A stretch of 64,000 nucleotides of DNA from an uncultured delta proteobacterium (GCA_963827685.1 CAWHBU010000001.1:363680-427679), one strand, 5' to 3'; positions 1 to 10,847 are shown, numbered from the stretch's first letter. Notes: generated from the letters alone by a model not told the origin. A program made the numbers and translations.

Positions 1-670
1 GGAGGCACAAGCAATTACACGGCGCCGTACTTGGGTACCTCCTCGCATAGAAGATATCCTTAAGATGGCGAGTAGTCAGCAATTACGCCTGGTTCAAAGC
101 GGAGATGAACTGTTAAATGTAGTACTGGAATCACTGAAGCGACTAGAGCAGACATTTCGGGGGGAAACCCCGGCTTCAAGAGATGTTTGGGACCAGATTG
201 CGGATAAGGTGTTTCGCCCGATCAATGAAAACGAATTCTCAGACTACATAAAAAGACACCTCGATGAAGATCTAAGGCAAAAAGGTATTATTGTTAATCG
301 TGAAGTTCGCATTCACCGGGGTGAGCGGACAGATATCCACGTTGATGCCGTTGTGCGCGGTGCACATGGGAATCTTTACGACTCCATAACCGTTATTATT
401 GAAGTAAAGGGCTGTTGGAACCCAGAACTGCATCAGGCAATGGAAAGACAGCTTCTTAACTGCTATCTGAAGGATACCCACTGCCAGCACGGTTTGTATC
501 TTGTAGGTTGGTTTAATTGCGAACAATGGGATGACGGAGATTATAGAAAAAAGCAAGCAACAAAACTTTGTAAGGATGACGCACAAGAACAATTGAATGT
601 CCAAGCTACCACATTATCTCGACAAGGTAAAACGATCAAAACCTTGCTTATAAATGCGGCACTTCGCTAA
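1..670 (+). CDS. 5'-truncated large protein; C-terminal PD-(D/E)XK restriction-endonuclease-like domain
   Basis: Frame is open from the window edge (EAQAITRRRTWVPPRIEDILK before the track Met at 65). Motifs E..FSD, NREV, RTDI.V, IIEVKG fit a PD-(D/E)XK nuclease. Confidence 0.65.
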   Translation, partial: EAQAITRRRTWVPPRIEDILKMASSQQLRLVQSGDELLNVVLESLKRLEQTFRGETPASRDVWDQIADKVFRPINENEFSDYIKRHLDEDLRQKGIIVNREVRIHRGERTDIHVDAVVRGAHGNLYDSITVIIEVKGCWNPELHQAMERQLLNCYLKDTHCQHGLYLVGWFNCEQWDDGDYRKKQATKLCKDDAQEQLNVQATTLSRQGKTIKTLLINAALR

Positions 671-810
671 TCAAAGAGTGGAATGGGGTTAAATCTTTAT
701 CCTTGAATATTTATTAGTGCCCCACCCATAAAAAAGGTGGGCCTCCTGTAATTTTAGATTTCAGATTTTAAATTTCAAATTTGTTAAGAAGGGGGTTGGA
801 TTCTTCTCTC

Positions 811-1698
811 TCAGGTGCGGGGTGCCGGACTTTTGTTCATACTTAGAAGGACCATGCCAAAGAATATCGGCACGACGGAGAGCAATTGAAACCGCGTCGG
901 GATATTGTGCAGGATGAGCCAGGCAAATAATAACGTTAGCGGAGGCGCAATACTGGCCAACGCATTTGACTTTGTCACGCTGATCCTATGGATCCCCTCC
1001 ACCCATAAGATTTTTGAAAATCCTAACAGCAAAAGGCCATTGATCAAGATGAGGGCAGCGGAACTCTTAAGATCCGTTATCGAAGCTCTTTCCTTAAACA
1101 AGTAGGCTAAAATCAATACGATGGGAGTGCTTATGGAGCTGCGAACGAACAGAATCATTTCGCTGCTGACGGTTTGCCTTGCCTTTTGTTGGAAGTAGTT
1201 CCCAAAGGGCGCGATCATGGTAGCCATTAAGATTAAAAGATCGCCCAGATGAAGCTTGGTCATGTTGGGATAGAGAACGATGAACACACCGATCAGCATG
1301 AAGACGGCTCCCAGGGTATGTTTTGGGGATATGAAATCTTTGCGCCAGACATGGAAAAAAGCAAAACTGAAAAACATTTCGGTTGATACGATCAGGCTTG
1401 CATTTCCAGCGCTCGTATAGCGGAGGCCGAGGAAGACCAGGCCATAGTACAGAATGCCGAGGAAGAATGTGGCCCACAAGATGTTTTTAAAGGAGGATCG
1501 ACCCATGATCTCCCCCCATCGATGTCCGAGCGTTAACGCGCCGCTAAAAAAGAGGGCCGCAAAGAAGGTGCTCCATCCGAAAGAGATCAAAGGAGGAAGA
1601 CGGTCATAGGAGAGAATGGTAATCACCGGGAAGAGGCTCCAGAGGAGAGCCTGTAAGAGAATAAGAAATTCTCCTTGTCTTTCCCGATCGGGTTTCAT
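811..1698 (-). CDS. DMT/EamA family transporter
   Basis: About 10 hydrophobic helices in two repeats (GLRYTSAGNASLI). Start placed at ATG 1698; the longer start at 1797 is possible. Confidence 0.85.
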   Translation of the reverse strand: MKPDRERQGEFLILLQALLWSLFPVITILSYDRLPPLISFGWSTFFAALFFSGALTLGHRWGEIMGRSSFKNILWATFFLGILYYGLVFLGLRYTSAGNASLIVSTEMFFSFAFFHVWRKDFISPKHTLGAVFMLIGVFIVLYPNMTKLHLGDLLILMATMIAPFGNYFQQKARQTVSSEMILFVRSSISTPIVLILAYLFKERASITDLKSSAALILINGLLLLGFSKILWVEGIHRISVTKSNALASIAPPLTLLFAWLILHNIPTRFQLLSVVPIFFGMVLLSMNKSPAPRT

Positions 1699-2062
1699 AA
1701 AGGATCCGTTGGGAGTGTTAAGCCCTCCTCCTAACAAAGAAGGAAAGTTCCCGGTGAAAGGGGACGCCCCCTGTCCTCCTTTCCGATGTAACTCCATTGT
1801 AGAACAAGCGTTAGGGAAATCGAAGAGACTGTGCCGGTGTATGGGTTATTGAATAGGGAATCATCCTAAAAAAATACTGGTGGATTCTCGCCCAAATACA
1901 GTACATCCCCCATTTACAATATGGAGGTCTTTCTCGTAGACTGAAAATAGAGCTTCTATTCTTTTTTCGTATACCGTGCTGTTTCGATTGGAATGAGCAC
2001 ATAGGCCAGAAGTTAGGCCCCGAGGAGAAAAAAATAGACGTTTCAAAAGAGGAGGAGGAGAA

Positions 2063-2743
2063 ATGAGGCTTTTCAACATCCATGTGATTCCATGTCATTC
2101 GGCAAGTGACTTTCATTCGAAATTGAAAAAAAGGATAATGCTGCACACCATCCTGGAGTCCGTCAAAATCGTTTTCATCATGGCCATCGCCGTTTTTGTC
2201 CTTCCGGAATACGTTGTGCCCCTTTCCCAAAGAAGCGCGCGAGCCGACTTTCCGGTCGGAATGGAGGAGTTTCTTCCCATCACAAAATCCGCCGACACCA
2301 ACATAAAAGAAGTTCTGCATCTTGCGAATATGATCCGGTTAATTACAGAAAATCAACTTCCCGAAGCCAAAGTGTTGAGGTATGCCGGTTTGATCTCCCA
2401 TGTTTCCCGGAGATATGGAGAGAACCCCCTTGAAATCATAGCGATCATCATGGCCGAAAGCAATTTCAAGGGAGATAGCATCAATAGGGAGACCGGCGAT
2501 TATGGTCTCGGGCAGATCAATTGGGAATATTGGGGCAAAGACTACGGGTTGACGCCCACACAACTTCTGGATCCGTCGATCAACATTTTTTTAACCTGCC
2601 ATGTCTACAATTTTTTTGGAAAGGATTTCGGCAAATACCATCGAGGCAACGGCATCCAGTGCAATGCCTACCTTGTGAATGTAAAAGGTATTCTCTCCAC
2701 GTTGAATGCCTTTATCGAATTGAACAAAGAGAATATTTCCTAA
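2063..2743 (+). CDS. Lytic transglycosylase (SLT domain) protein with N-terminal membrane anchor
   Basis: IIAIIMAESNF and DYGLGQIN SLT motifs; strong SD AGGAGGAGG upstream. Confidence 0.8.
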   Translation: MRLFNIHVIPCHSASDFHSKLKKRIMLHTILESVKIVFIMAIAVFVLPEYVVPLSQRSARADFPVGMEEFLPITKSADTNIKEVLHLANMIRLITENQLPEAKVLRYAGLISHVSRRYGENPLEIIAIIMAESNFKGDSINRETGDYGLGQINWEYWGKDYGLTPTQLLDPSINIFLTCHVYNFFGKDFGKYHRGNGIQCNAYLVNVKGILSTLNAFIELNKENIS

Positions 2744-3115
2744 ATAGCAGCTTCGGGGGAAGAGCACATTGAACTATTTCCCCAGAGCTTTCGTTTGTAT
2801 CCGTTGAATAGGTTTAATCCTATCGTTTTCCTCTGTCTCTCTCTGCCTCGGTCATGTTCCGATTCCTCCATTCTTTTTGCTGGGCTGGTGCTCGAAGGGA
2901 TGAAGAAAGCACTGCGATATCTCGTCGCCGATTTTCGTTGACATAGCACTGCTTTTTTTGTATATCCAACTCATCCCAAGGCGAGTTCTTATCATCTCAT
3001 GAAAAGGAAGTGACCTACAGACGGAAACGATGGAAAACGGAGGCATAACCAGAATCATGTAAGAATTAGGATGCATTCTTTATCAAATCTTAACAAATAA
3101 GGAGGAAGATTATCG

Positions 3116-4903
3116 ATGAGAAAAACGGAAGCCTCTTCAGTCCGGTATTACAGGTTAAAAGTTGTTTCCATGTTTATTGCCGCGTTCATGCTCCTGGCTC
3201 CCAGCGGCTATTTTAACGCTGCCGAAGTCCTTGCCCAGGGTCGGGCGAAGGCTGTCGATTCGATGCGGCCGGATCGGGAAACCACAGAAGGTCTCGTCAT
3301 CGGCGCGGTGAACAGAGCCACCAATACCCTTTCCTGGAAGGGGATTCCCTATGCCAGGCCTCCTGTCGGCGATCTCCGCTGGAAGGCACCTCAGGAGCCC
3401 GAAAAACGTTCAACGCCCTTCAAGACGGTTACTGTTTGCGAGATATGCCCCCAGTACATCGACCATGATAATAATCCCGCCACGCCGCAGGTTATCCTGG
3501 GTAATGAAGACTGCCTTTACCTGAATATCTGGCGTCCAAAGACCAAGGCAGCCGATCTGCCCGTTTATCTCTGGATCCACGGCGGCGGAAACAGCATTCA
3601 GTGGCCGCTCCTCTCCGATACGGATGCCTCTGTCCTCGCCAACAAGTCGAACATGGTCGTCGTGACCGTCAATTATCGCCTGGGACCGATGGGCTTCTTC
3701 AGTCATCCGGCCCTCCGTAGCGGGAAAAAGGGCGATGAGAAAAGTGATTCCGGGAATTTCGGGCTTTTGGATCTGATTCAGGCCCTATCCTGGATAAAGG
3801 CCAATATTGGGGCCTTCGGCGGCGATCCCGGAAATGTAACCATCGCCGGGGAGTCGGCGGGAGGCCAAAACGTCATTTCCCTCATCGCCTCGCCTCTGGC
3901 GAAAAGTCTTTTTCACAGGGCCATTTCTGAAAGCGGCGTTATCAGACCGGCGACGCCCGCGCAGGGAGCGGAGCATGCAAATGATGTCATCGCGAAACTC
4001 CTCGTAAGAGACGGCAGCGCCCCGGATGAAAAAACGGCAGCGGCCAAGCTGAAGGGCATGTCCCGGAAAGATATTGAAAAGTATTTAAGGTCGAAAAGCG
4101 CCCAGGCCTTCCTGGAAATGTACCCGGAAGGCAAGTTGATAGGGATGATCAGATTTCCCAACAGCTTCGGCGACGGCGCGGTGCTCCCTGTTGATTTTTA
4201 TGGGGCCTTGAAGGCTGGGAGCTACAACAAAGTACCGACCATCCTTGGAACAAATAAAGAGGAAGCGAAGCTGTTTCTCAGGTTGGATCCAAAATTTATG
4301 CCCTGGCAAGGCGACGGTTCCCTATTCAAAGACCCAGCCAAGACCGAGCTGTATGACCTGGTCGCCCAATATCAGAGCGACGGCTGGAAGGTCATGGCCG
4401 TGGACCAGTTGACAAGAATCCTAAGAACCAATGCTGATCAGCCCATGATTTATGCCTATCAATTCTTGTGGGGGGCCGGGGGGATGAAGAAAAGCGTTAT
4501 GCCTTTTCCCGCTAATCTGCTGCTCGGTGCCTGCCACGCCATGGAGATCGATTTCGTTTTCGGAACGGAAGCCGTATCGCTTGGCGGTGTTGCCTTCGAT
4601 GAAAAGAATCGCCCCGGCCGGGTCGCCCTGTCGAATGCAATGATGGACTATTGGGCCCAGTTCGCCCGAACGGGCAATCCCAACCGGGAGGGGTCCGGTC
4701 TGCCTGAATGGAAACCGTGGTCCAATACGCAAGGCTTTCCGAAGACCATCCTGCTGGATGCGGATTTCAACAATCTCAAAATAGAGATGTCTGCGAACGA
4801 ACTTACCAATGAGGCAATTGAAAAGGCATTGAAGGCGGAACCCCGACAAACAGAAATACAACCCTTCTGGGATACCTCCCGCTACAGGACGTTAAAGAAG
4901 TAA
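3116..4903 (+). CDS. Secreted carboxylesterase type B (p-nitrobenzyl esterase-like)
   Basis: GIPYARPPVGDLRW, EDCLYLNIW, WIHGGG, GESAGG nucleophile, ACHAMEI; N-terminal signal peptide. Confidence 0.95.
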   Translation: MRKTEASSVRYYRLKVVSMFIAAFMLLAPSGYFNAAEVLAQGRAKAVDSMRPDRETTEGLVIGAVNRATNTLSWKGIPYARPPVGDLRWKAPQEPEKRSTPFKTVTVCEICPQYIDHDNNPATPQVILGNEDCLYLNIWRPKTKAADLPVYLWIHGGGNSIQWPLLSDTDASVLANKSNMVVVTVNYRLGPMGFFSHPALRSGKKGDEKSDSGNFGLLDLIQALSWIKANIGAFGGDPGNVTIAGESAGGQNVISLIASPLAKSLFHRAISESGVIRPATPAQGAEHANDVIAKLLVRDGSAPDEKTAAAKLKGMSRKDIEKYLRSKSAQAFLEMYPEGKLIGMIRFPNSFGDGAVLPVDFYGALKAGSYNKVPTILGTNKEEAKLFLRLDPKFMPWQGDGSLFKDPAKTELYDLVAQYQSDGWKVMAVDQLTRILRTNADQPMIYAYQFLWGAGGMKKSVMPFPANLLLGACHAMEIDFVFGTEAVSLGGVAFDEKNRPGRVALSNAMMDYWAQFARTGNPNREGSGLPEWKPWSNTQGFPKTILLDADFNNLKIEMSANELTNEAIEKALKAEPRQTEIQPFWDTSRYRTLKK

Positions 4904-4923
4904 GGTTAATGTCGTTTCGTATT

Positions 4924-4962
4924 GCTTCTTTTGCCCCGCCGTGCAGCCGGGGCAAAGGAAGC
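4924..4962 (+). terminator. Hairpin after the carboxylesterase gene (probable terminator)
   Basis: gcttcttttgccccg...cggggcaaaggaagc inverted repeat. Confidence 0.55.
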
Positions 4963-5494
4963 GCCTCCGGTTTGATTTTCACAATCTGGACTTAAGATTT
5001 ATCGGAGCCTTCCGCCTGTCCCGCTTATTCAAAGTTTTTTGAGCGTCGAGATATTCAGACATGAAGGCTTCTCTTAATGTGCTATAGGCAAGAAAAGAAG
5101 AATTGGTTATTTCGGTGCTTGTTCGATTTACGGTTTTGGTTCTTATGGGAGTCATTCCGCACGCCGCTGATTGAAATCATTATTAACTCTTTCAATCTGA
5201 GACCAACATCAGCAGAAAAATAGCAGCGATCTTCAAAATTGATTTCTGCGTGCTTCCCTACTCCTCATTCGTTGAATTCACCAAAACGCAGCATCATATC
5301 TTTATGTGGACTAAACCATCAAAAACATCACTTTGGAGATTAATATTCCCTCTTGATCAGCTCAAGCTTGTCGATTGCCCGAGAGGGTGGATGAATCGGG
5401 AAGGTTATAACCGATATCTCAAGATAACGCATGCCAAAATGAAGGACCGGTTTGCTGCCAGAAGACGGTCAAAAAATAGAAAGGAGGGACCGAT

Positions 5495-6205
5495 ATAACG
5501 GAAAAATTAATCATTGCTCACCGTGGCGCCCCAAGCTATGCAAAAGAGAATACGATCGAATCGTTTGAAAAAGCTATAGCTCTGGGAGCGGATATGATCG
5601 AGTTCGATGTGAGAAGAACGAAAGACAATGTTTTTATTGTCTATCATGACGGATTGATTCAAGGCAAGCCCGTCAACGATTTGGTCTATGAAGAGATTAG
5701 CCAAATGGCCAAGGATCAGGGATTTGACATTCCTACGGTTGAAGAGGTTTTAAGATGGTCAAGGGGAAGGATAAAACTTGATGTCGAATTAAAGGAAGAA
5801 GACTATGAAAAAGAAATTGTAGAATTATTATCCAAGTATCTTGAAAAAGATCAATTTGTTATCACTTCATTTAATGAATCTTCTTTGAAGATCATCAAAG
5901 ACAATTATCCCGGTATTCAAGTTGGTTTACTGTTAGGAAGATTCGAGGCCCCCCTATGGACAAGAATTTCGGAATTTTTCCCCATGAAAAGGTGTAAAAA
6001 AGCCCAGGCAGATTTCTTGGTGGCCCATTTGAAATTGTTAAGGTTTGGTTTCTTAGAAAGGGCCCGAAGAAGTCATAAACCAGTCTTCGTTTGGACAGTG
6101 AACGATGAAGAAATGATTCGGAAATTGCTGAATGACAGAAGCGTTTACGCCATCATCACAGATAAACCAGATTTAGCTGTTTCGCTACGGAATAAGATAC
6201 TTTAG
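5495..6205 (+). CDS. Glycerophosphodiester phosphodiesterase (GDPD); apparent non-canonical ATA start
   Basis: IIAHRGA..ENT..SF..A...GADMIEFDV lies upstream of the track Met (5594). In-frame TAG at 5477; SD AAGGAGG at 5481-5487. Confidence 0.85.
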   Translation: MTEKLIIAHRGAPSYAKENTIESFEKAIALGADMIEFDVRRTKDNVFIVYHDGLIQGKPVNDLVYEEISQMAKDQGFDIPTVEEVLRWSRGRIKLDVELKEEDYEKEIVELLSKYLEKDQFVITSFNESSLKIIKDNYPGIQVGLLLGRFEAPLWTRISEFFPMKRCKKAQADFLVAHLKLLRFGFLERARRSHKPVFVWTVNDEEMIRKLLNDRSVYAIITDKPDLAVSLRNKIL

Positions 6206-6422
6206 CTTAAAGAGAAAGGCACAATGAAAAGCGGTATTACATCTCCGGAAACACTGCCTTGGGTCAGGTGGCTTCCATTTCTCAGTCAATTTCTTCTTCA
6301 ATCTTTGATCTAATAAGAACTTCGTCGCCCGTCTCTTGCTAAAGAGACTGTGTCGTAATTGTGATTTGGGATAGATTCAGTTGGGCAAGTGTTTTAAGGA
6401 AGATGAATATAGGAATTCATTC

Positions 6423-6456
6423 CCCCTCGCCCCTTTAGCAAAAGAGGGGCGAGGGG
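6423..6456. terminator. GC-rich hairpin just downstream of hcp
   Basis: cccctcgcccct-ttagcaaaag-aggggcgagggg. Confidence 0.5.
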
Positions 6457-6472
6457 TGCGAGGGGTTGAGCT

Positions 6473-8104
6473 TTAGTTTCCCAATATCGCCCTTTGGTCC
6501 TGATCCGGTGTTGAGATAGGCTGGATATTGAAATTATCCACCAGCACCTTTAGCACATTCGGCGAAACAAAGGCAGGGAGGGATGGTCCGAGCCTAATAT
6601 TCTTCACCCCCAGGTGGAGCAAGGTGAGAAGAATAGCCACTGCCTTCTGTTCGTACCAGGAGAGGATCAAAGAGAGAGGCAGTTCGTTGATTCCCACGTT
6701 GAAAGCCTTGGACAAGGCTAAGGCGATCTGAACAGCCGAATAGGCGTCGTTGCACTGGCCTACGTCTAAGAGCCTTGGGATGCCTCCGATATCCCCGAGG
6801 TCCTTATCGAAGAAGCGGAACTTACCGCATGCCAGGGTAAGAACAACGCAGTCCTTAGGGACTTTTTCCACAAACTCAGTGTAATAGTTACGCCCAGCCT
6901 TAGCGCCATCACATCCTCCCATAAGGAAGAAGTGACGGATGGCCTTCCCCTTCACCGCCTCAATGACTTTGTCTGCAACGCCTATTACGGTGTTTCTTGC
7001 AAAGCCAACCGTGACAGAGCGGCCATTCCTATCTTCTTGAAAACCCGGCATGGCCATGGCCCTGTCGATCACGGGTTTGAAATTTCTGCCCGAAATGTGT
7101 GTGACACCAGGCCATCCCACAGTGCCACTGGTGAAAATATTGCCCTTGTACGAATCCCTCGGCTTCTGGAGGCAGTTCGTGGTCATCAAGATGGCCCCAG
7201 GAAAATCGGCGAATTCCCGGTTCTGATTCTGCCAGGCCGTTCCGTAATGACCATAAAAATGGGAATATTTTTTTAAGCCTGGATAACCGTGGGCCGGAAG
7301 CATCTCTCCATGGGTATAAACGTGAATGCCTTTGCCCTCGGTCTGTTTGAGAAGTTCCTCCAAATCCTTGAGATCATGCCCGGAGACCAGGATGGCCTTT
7401 CCTTTCTTAGCTCTGAGAGGAACCTTTGTAGGAACAGGGTGGCCATAGGTCCCTGTATTGCCTGCGTCAAGAAGTTCCATGGCCCTTAGATTGATCTCTC
7501 CACACTTGAGAACCAGTCCCACCCAGTCGTTCAGGCTTAAGTCTTTCCTCAGGGTCGCGGCCAATCCTTCATGGATAAAGGCGTAGACCTTATCATCTGT
7601 CTGGCCAAGGATTTGAGCATGATCCGCATAGGCGGCTACACCCTTTATTCCAAAAATGAGAATATGCTGAAGCGAAAGGATATCAGGATCGATGGTTGGG
7701 TCCGATTTGATTCCCACCGCCTCTCCCTGTTTGACGAGTTCCTCTAAGTGGGTAGCCGGCTTGAAGGTAGCATGCCCCCCTTGAAAATCGACTTTCCCCT
7801 TGGCAGCCTTCACCTTTTCTTTAAGGTTTTCCCTTAAGGTCACACAGTGCTGGATCAATTGAACAAATCGATCCGGATCGAAATTGACGTTTGTCAGCGT
7901 AGAAAACATGGCCTTACACGTAAAATCATTGATCTCCGGATCAACCACTCTCGTCTTTCGGCCTTCCACTGCATAAAGGGACAGCCCTTTAAGGGCATAG
8001 ATCAGAAGGTCCTGAAGGCTGGCCACATCCGATTCCTTGCCGCAAACCCCAAGCTTTGTGCATCCTTCCCCTTTTGCCGTCTGTTCACACTGATAACAAA
8101 ACAT
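6473..8104 (-). CDS. hcp: Hybrid-cluster protein (hydroxylamine/NO reductase)
   Basis: MFCYQCEQT...GC...GVCGK N-terminus, SGHDL, YTHGEMLPAH, GGCDG, GQCNDAYS, SWYEQKA. Confidence 0.98.
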   Translation of the reverse strand: MFCYQCEQTAKGEGCTKLGVCGKESDVASLQDLLIYALKGLSLYAVEGRKTRVVDPEINDFTCKAMFSTLTNVNFDPDRFVQLIQHCVTLRENLKEKVKAAKGKVDFQGGHATFKPATHLEELVKQGEAVGIKSDPTIDPDILSLQHILIFGIKGVAAYADHAQILGQTDDKVYAFIHEGLAATLRKDLSLNDWVGLVLKCGEINLRAMELLDAGNTGTYGHPVPTKVPLRAKKGKAILVSGHDLKDLEELLKQTEGKGIHVYTHGEMLPAHGYPGLKKYSHFYGHYGTAWQNQNREFADFPGAILMTTNCLQKPRDSYKGNIFTSGTVGWPGVTHISGRNFKPVIDRAMAMPGFQEDRNGRSVTVGFARNTVIGVADKVIEAVKGKAIRHFFLMGGCDGAKAGRNYYTEFVEKVPKDCVVLTLACGKFRFFDKDLGDIGGIPRLLDVGQCNDAYSAVQIALALSKAFNVGINELPLSLILSWYEQKAVAILLTLLHLGVKNIRLGPSLPAFVSPNVLKVLVDNFNIQPISTPDQDQRAILGN

Positions 8105-8480
8105 AGTTGCTCCTCCTTTTGGATGAGATGTTATTTAATCGCCATCTCCTAAATACTTCCACATCTATCATCCTTCAGCGATCATGAATTGTAGCACTTT
8201 AATGCTTTGAAATGGAGTGCCATTTGTCCCTTGGTTCCCGCCAAGGCCGGGACTTCCAAAGTTTTAGAATGCGGTCTTTCATATTTTACGCCTTTGAAAC
8301 GAAGAAAGTGAGCGAAACGCTACCATCCCGTTGGAGCCACCTGAATGAACCGGTAAAAGGTTTCCTCTCTAAAACTTTTCCAATCCCGCCCTTAGCGGGA
8401 ACCGGTGTCACATGGGCCGATTTTTCAAAGCGCTGAAGTGTTACCCTTACCTAAAAATAATACTAAAAAATCAATTTGTG

Positions 8481-8496
8481 TTTGACTTAGGTCAAA
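8481..8496. promoter_or_regulatory. FNR-type palindrome, probable HcpR (Crp/Fnr) binding site
   Basis: TTTGAC-TTAG-GTCAAA upstream of hcp; TATTAT -10 candidate on the minus strand near 8457-8462. Confidence 0.7.
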
Positions 8497-8628
8497 AGGG
8501 TGCTTGGGGGCACACACTAATTTTTAAACGGTGGGGCATCCATGGAGAGTTGGGATAGTCGAACAGAAAGCAGAGATCAAAAGATGGGGAAGCGTGAGTT
8601 TAAGATTAAAGGTTCTAAGATGAAGTTT

Positions 8629-10764
8629 TTATTTTCCGATGAGGACAACGGTGCTTCTTGGATTGGCGAGGTAATGATCGGGGGGATCGATTTTTATCTC
8701 CTTGCCGACGTCAAGAAAGTCTTCCCCACTCTTAAGGCTTGTGTCAATGACCCGATACCACTTCTTGCCCTTTGTAAGCGGAGGAAGTTTGATGGATTGT
8801 AAATGAAAATCAGCGTTCAGGATAAAGAAAAGATAATAATCGCTCCATTCGGATTTTTCTTCGCCTCCGTCGATCTGAAAGCATAAGGTCCGGAGTTCAG
8901 GGTCATCCCAGGGAGGCTTTTCAAGATCTTTTCCAAACCAGGAAAAGTCCGGGATGTGATCGGCATCCAGATCCTCTCCGATAAAGAATTTTCTTCTCTG
9001 AAGAATGGTGCATCTTTTTTCAAAGGCGATGGCCTTCTTGAAAAAAGCAAGAAGGTCCGATTTTTCGTTAACCTCCTCCCACTGAAACCAGCTGATCTCG
9101 TTGTCCTGGCAGTAGGCATTGTTATTGCCCTTCTGTGTTCTCATAAATTCATCGCCGCCGAGGATCATTGGCGTTCCGCATGAAAAAAGGAGATAACAAA
9201 CATGATTTTTGATCAGTTGCTTTCTCAGGTTGATGACATTGATATCCTCGGTGTCTCCTTCGACACCGCCATTCCATGAGTCATTGTCATGGGTGCCGTC
9301 ACGGTTGTCTTCAAGATTCGCCTCGTTGTGTTTGTCATTATGAGAGACCAGATCGTGGAGGGTGAACCCGTCGTGGCAGGTGATGAAATTGATGCTGTTA
9401 TAGGCAGACCTTCCGTCCTCACCGTACAGATCGGCAGAACCCGTTAATCTCCAGCCGAGATCCTTTACCTGCCCTGCATCCCCTTTGCCGTATTTCCTCA
9501 TCGTATCCCTGAATTTTCCATTCCATTCAGACCAGTCTATCGGGAAATTTCCAACCTGATAGGTCCCGATGTCCCAGGGTTCGGCAATGAGCTTGACATG
9601 GTTTAATACGGGGTCCTGTGCGATCGCATCAAAGAAGGAAGCGGATTTTTGAAAGAAGCCGTCTTCCCGGCCTAGGACCGAGGCAAGGTCGAATCGAAAG
9701 CCGTCCACATGCATTACCTCAACCCAATAGCGAAGCGAGTCCATCACGAATCGGATGACATGGGGATTGGCGAGATTAAGACTATTCCCGCACCCTGTAT
9801 AGTTCATGTAATAACGGTAGGGCTCGTGGGGAGTGCCTGACAGGCAGTAATAGGTGGGGTTATCAATCCCCTTAAAGCAGAGAGTCGGCCCGAGCTCATT
9901 TCCTTCGCCTGAGTGGTTGTAAACCACATCCAGGATGACCTCCATTCCGGCCCGATGAAGTTCGCGTACCAGGGTCTTAAATTCATTCACCTGACAGCCG
10001 GAAGACCTCTTTGTACAGTAGGACGATTCAGGTGCGAAAAAACCGATGGTATTATACCCCCAGTAATTTGTCAGTCCTTTGTTGAGCAGAATATCTTCAA
10101 CATAGAATTCATGGAGGGGAAGAAACTCCACGGCATTGATTCCCAAATCCTTCAGGTAAGGTATCTTTTCAATAAAGCCCGGATAGGTCCCCGGGTTTTT
10201 GACCCCTGACGATCGGTGGGCTGTAAACCCCTTTAGATGGACTTCATAAATAATCAACTCGTGAAAGGGGATATCCGGAGGAGCGTCTCCCTGCCAGTCG
10301 AAATGATCATCCACAACAATGGACTTGGGGACGACCAAGGTATTGTCACGATTATCTTTTGAAAGATCTTTCACGGGTGAACCGGGATCATAGGCGAGCA
10401 GGAGATTATCAACATTTCTAAGCTTACCCGTAAAAGCCTTGGCATAGGGGTCGATGAGGAGCTTGTTTTCGTTGAAACGCATCCCATAGGCAGGATTGAA
10501 ATCACCCTTGATTTTGTACCCGTACAGTTGTCCCGCCTTTAACCCGTGGACAAATGCATACCATATATACTTCGTACGATTTTCGAGCTTGATGATGTCC
10601 GTGGGTTCTTCATCCGGTCTGTCAAATAATAAAAGAAATACCTCGCTGGCATACTGCGAATAAATTGCGAAATTAACACCCTCTTCATATAAAGTGGCGC
10701 CGAGAGGGTGATATTTGCCCATTGAAATTTGTCTGTTTGTTTTGTGTTCTAATTCGTATGCCAT
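8629..10764 (-). CDS. glgX: Glycogen debranching enzyme
   Basis: YPLGAT, NYWGYNT, DVVYNH, DGFRFDLAS, IAEPWD, HDGFTL.DLV, GNNNAYCQDN. Confidence 0.97.
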   Translation of the reverse strand: MAYELEHKTNRQISMGKYHPLGATLYEEGVNFAIYSQYASEVFLLLFDRPDEEPTDIIKLENRTKYIWYAFVHGLKAGQLYGYKIKGDFNPAYGMRFNENKLLIDPYAKAFTGKLRNVDNLLLAYDPGSPVKDLSKDNRDNTLVVPKSIVVDDHFDWQGDAPPDIPFHELIIYEVHLKGFTAHRSSGVKNPGTYPGFIEKIPYLKDLGINAVEFLPLHEFYVEDILLNKGLTNYWGYNTIGFFAPESSYCTKRSSGCQVNEFKTLVRELHRAGMEVILDVVYNHSGEGNELGPTLCFKGIDNPTYYCLSGTPHEPYRYYMNYTGCGNSLNLANPHVIRFVMDSLRYWVEVMHVDGFRFDLASVLGREDGFFQKSASFFDAIAQDPVLNHVKLIAEPWDIGTYQVGNFPIDWSEWNGKFRDTMRKYGKGDAGQVKDLGWRLTGSADLYGEDGRSAYNSINFITCHDGFTLHDLVSHNDKHNEANLEDNRDGTHDNDSWNGGVEGDTEDINVINLRKQLIKNHVCYLLFSCGTPMILGGDEFMRTQKGNNNAYCQDNEISWFQWEEVNEKSDLLAFFKKAIAFEKRCTILQRRKFFIGEDLDADHIPDFSWFGKDLEKPPWDDPELRTLCFQIDGGEEKSEWSDYYLFFILNADFHLQSIKLPPLTKGKKWYRVIDTSLKSGEDFLDVGKEIKIDPPDHYLANPRSTVVLIGK

Positions 10765-10818
10765 CTCTTAGGATTTTTCTTCTATAAACCTTAGTTCAGA
10801 TGCTTCGGCCCTATGCTC

Positions 10819-10847
10819 AGCATATGCAAACTGGTGAGTCTCGTCAA
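10819..10847 (-). promoter_or_regulatory. sigma70-type promoter for glgX
   Basis: TTGACG-17 nt-TATGCT on the minus strand. Confidence 0.55.
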
